From an uncultured Fibrobacteria bacterium (GTDB taxonomy: Bacteria > Fibrobacterota > Fibrobacteria > UBA11236): DNA of 64,000 bases. Shown in pieces: positions 61,973-64,000 of this stretch (the stretch's first letter is position 1; each line of letters opens with the position of its first letter). The stretch is taken from contig OY970309.1 of assembly GCA_963716395.1 (NCBI GenBank), positions 2,592,001 to 2,656,000 of the forward strand. The letters are read 5' to 3'. Both the position numbers and the translations under genes were made by a program. The notes below the pieces were generated by a model, which saw nothing but the letters and a program-made list of their open reading frames with translations, was not told the DNA's origin and did no database searches.

Positions 61973-62904
61973 TTGAGGGTCTCCAAATAACTTGCCAGCG
62001 CCTGCGCTTGCGCATTCGTCAGTTTCAGGTTGGGCATGAAGCAATCCGGCTTGAGGGCCTGCGGATTTTTCAGCCAACGGTACAGATCCGCTTCGGTGTT
62101 GGTCAACACCCCCGCGCCCAGAAGCGCGCGGCTCGCCAGATGCGTGAGGTCGGGCGCGGCGTCGCCCGCCACGGAAATTCCGCGCAGCGCGTGGCAGTTG
62201 GTGCAGGTCATACTCTGAAAAATTTTCAGGCCACTCCGGCCCGCCTCCGTGACCGGCAGGGCCGCGGGCTTTTCCTGTTCATGCAGCCAGGCCGTGAAGG
62301 CCTCCGGCGCTTGCGCCACGACCGTGAAGCGCATCCAGGCATGCTCCGCGCCGCAATACTCCGCGCAGATCCCGGCATAGGTCCCCGGCCGATCGGCTTG
62401 GAGCCAGATGTGATTCGGATGCCCGGGCACTACGTCCATCTTGCGCGCCAAAGCCGGCACCCAGAAATCATGAATGACATCGGCCGACTGCAAGCGCACC
62501 AGCCATTTTTTGCCGACGGGGAGGTGAATTTCATTGGCCGTGACCACCCCGTTTTGCGGGTAGCGCACTTCCCACCACCATTGATGGGCAATCACCAAAA
62601 GATCCGGCTCCCGGTCCGCGGCGGGATCGGAGCGTTGCATTCCGCGCGCCGTAAGCACCAGGAGTCCCACTACGATCAACGCCGGAACGACGGTCCACAG
62701 AATCTCCAGTCGCCGGTTTCCGAAATATTGCGGGGGCTCTTCCGCGCCCGGTCGCCGCCGGTAGCGGATCAATCCCACGCCCACGAGGGCGACGACGAAG
62801 AAGAAGATGATCCCGCATACGATCAGTACGGTGAGGAACAGCCCGGAAATCGCAGCGGCTTGCGGAGAGGCGGGAGCGAAAATGGGACTGAAGCGCGCCG
62901 GCAT
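61969..62904 (-). CDS. ctaC: Cytochrome c oxidase subunit II with fused cytochrome c (caa3 type)
   Basis: HQWWW, DVIHDFWVP, CAEYCGAEHAWM (CuA), CTNCH, FMP. Confidence 0.93.
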   Translation of the reverse strand: MPARFSPIFAPASPQAAAISGLFLTVLIVCGIIFFFVVALVGVGLIRYRRRPGAEEPPQYFGNRRLEILWTVVPALIVVGLLVLTARGMQRSDPAADREPDLLVIAHQWWWEVRYPQNGVVTANEIHLPVGKKWLVRLQSADVIHDFWVPALARKMDVVPGHPNHIWLQADRPGTYAGICAEYCGAEHAWMRFTVVAQAPEAFTAWLHEQEKPAALPVTEAGRSGLKIFQSMTCTNCHALRGISVAGDAAPDLTHLASRALLGAGVLTNTEADLYRWLKNPQALKPDCFMPNLKLTNAQAQALASYLETLK

Positions 62905-62937
62905 GGGAGGTTCGGAAAAGCGGGGGAGAAATAACCT

Positions 62938-63717
62938 TCATCCGATGGAGTGGGGCCTCTGCCGATCTGGATGGGTGGAGCGGGACGGCTTTCGCCGCCG
63001 TTCGGAATTCCACCGCGATTCCCACAACCAAAAGCCACCGAGCATGCCGTCTTGATTGGAAACAATTTTGATTCCGGGTTCGAGCTTGAAGGTGATCAGC
63101 CTCGCATTGCCGCCGCCGAGATAGGTTTTGTCGGCGTGCATCAAATCGTGCAGGATCTCCAGCACGCGCAGCACGCGGCCATTCCACTTTTTGCGGCCGA
63201 TTTTTTTCAGCGCGTGTTTGCCGAGATATCCGTTGTAGTCCAGTTTGTCATGTACCGGATGGTGCGCCAATTCGAGATGGGGCATGAGTTCGCCGTCGCG
63301 GAACAGCGCCGTCCCCACGCCGGTGCCCAGCGTCACCACCAATTCGAGGCCTCGGCCCGCAATCGCGGCCAGTCCCTGCATGTCGGCGTCGTTGAGCAGG
63401 CGAACCGGTTTGCCGAACTTCGTCCCCAGCGCATGGGCCAGATTGAAGTCGTGCCAACTCTCGTTGCCGAAATGGGGCGCGGTGATGATTTTGTCGCCGC
63501 GGACATAGCCGGGGAATCCCACCGCGACCCGATCATAGGCCGGCAGCGGCTTCGCCAGTTCCACCAAGGTTTTGACCAGAACCTTGGGCGGACACGGGTA
63601 GGGCGTAGCGACGGCCGCGCGCTCGGTCAGCATTGCTCCCCGGGCATCCAGCACCGAGCATTTTAGGCGGGTACCGCCTACGTCGATGGCCAGCGTGCGG
63701 GCGCCGCGGGAAGTCAT
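62938..63717 (-). CDS. ppgK: ROK family kinase, polyphosphate glucokinase-like
   Basis: IDVGGT, GFPG, NDADMQG, TLGTGVG, ELAHHP, LGGGN; no ROK Cys cluster. Confidence 0.75.
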   Translation of the reverse strand: MTSRGARTLAIDVGGTRLKCSVLDARGAMLTERAAVATPYPCPPKVLVKTLVELAKPLPAYDRVAVGFPGYVRGDKIITAPHFGNESWHDFNLAHALGTKFGKPVRLLNDADMQGLAAIAGRGLELVVTLGTGVGTALFRDGELMPHLELAHHPVHDKLDYNGYLGKHALKKIGRKKWNGRVLRVLEILHDLMHADKTYLGGGNARLITFKLEPGIKIVSNQDGMLGGFWLWESRWNSERRRKPSRSTHPDRQRPHSIG

Positions 63718-63774
63718 GCCGGCATCCGCACGGTATTTTTTCTCCCGGCTTTTTGGTGATTCGCGTCGGAAGGT

Positions 63775-64000
63775 TTACGCATGGTGTTCCAAGCTTTCCG
63801 GGTGGGTGCGCGCCAGGATTTCCTTGGCCTGCGCGGCTTCTGCTTCGCTGCCGTGGATAATCAAAACAAACTTGTCGGCTTTGAGGGCGGTGTGATACCG
63901 GAGGATACTGTCCTTGGGAATTCCGATGCTGTATAAGGCCGCTCCCAACGCATTCAGCCCGGCTACGAGGATGGCGCCTTCCAACCCGCCGACAATCCAG
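63775..64000 (-). CDS. DUF1269/general-stress-type membrane protein, 3' part only
   Basis: LEGA..VAGL.ALGAALYSIGIPKDSILRY.TALKADKF; runs off the window edge. Confidence 0.7.
   Translation of the reverse strand, partial: WIVGGLEGAILVAGLNALGAALYSIGIPKDSILRYHTALKADKFVLIIHGSEAEAAQAKEILARTHPESLEHHA

Overview
A GC-rich bacterial chromosomal window, most likely from an aerobic, polysaccharide-degrading member of Fibrobacterota. The evidence is a TIGR02147-family gene, seven secreted proteins with T9SS-like C-terminal tails, TTCGACAGGCTCA-type REP copies and a TGCNC-N4-GTGCA LexA box. Layout: 1-15.2 kb is mostly core genes (pectinesterase end, glnA, dcd, an uncharacterised TPR/FecR/outer-membrane-barrel operon, a peptidase operon, prfC). 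15.4-28.3 kb is a rearranged block of secreted CAZyme-like genes with a TIGR02147 gene, four copies of a GTTTCCRAATGGAAAC palindrome, partial duplications and an IS91-like remnant. 28.3-40.9 kb holds marR/clc and a group 3b [NiFe]-hydrogenase with an unusual maturation set (HypA without Zn-finger, no hypB, acidic-tailed HypC). 41-42.8 kb holds xerD, a deletion scar and tRNA-Lys(CTT). 43-53.9 kb is an island with a frameshifted type I R-M locus carrying embedded PIN toxin-antitoxin and orphan genes, plus umuD. 53.9-64 kb holds a GH74 and a fused caa3-oxidase/Rieske-cytochrome b respiratory operon. The best candidates for undescribed systems are the TIGR02147/palindrome regulon, the TPR-FecR-barrel operon and the HypB-less hydrogenase maturation module. 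All family calls come from motif recognition by eye; no searches were run.
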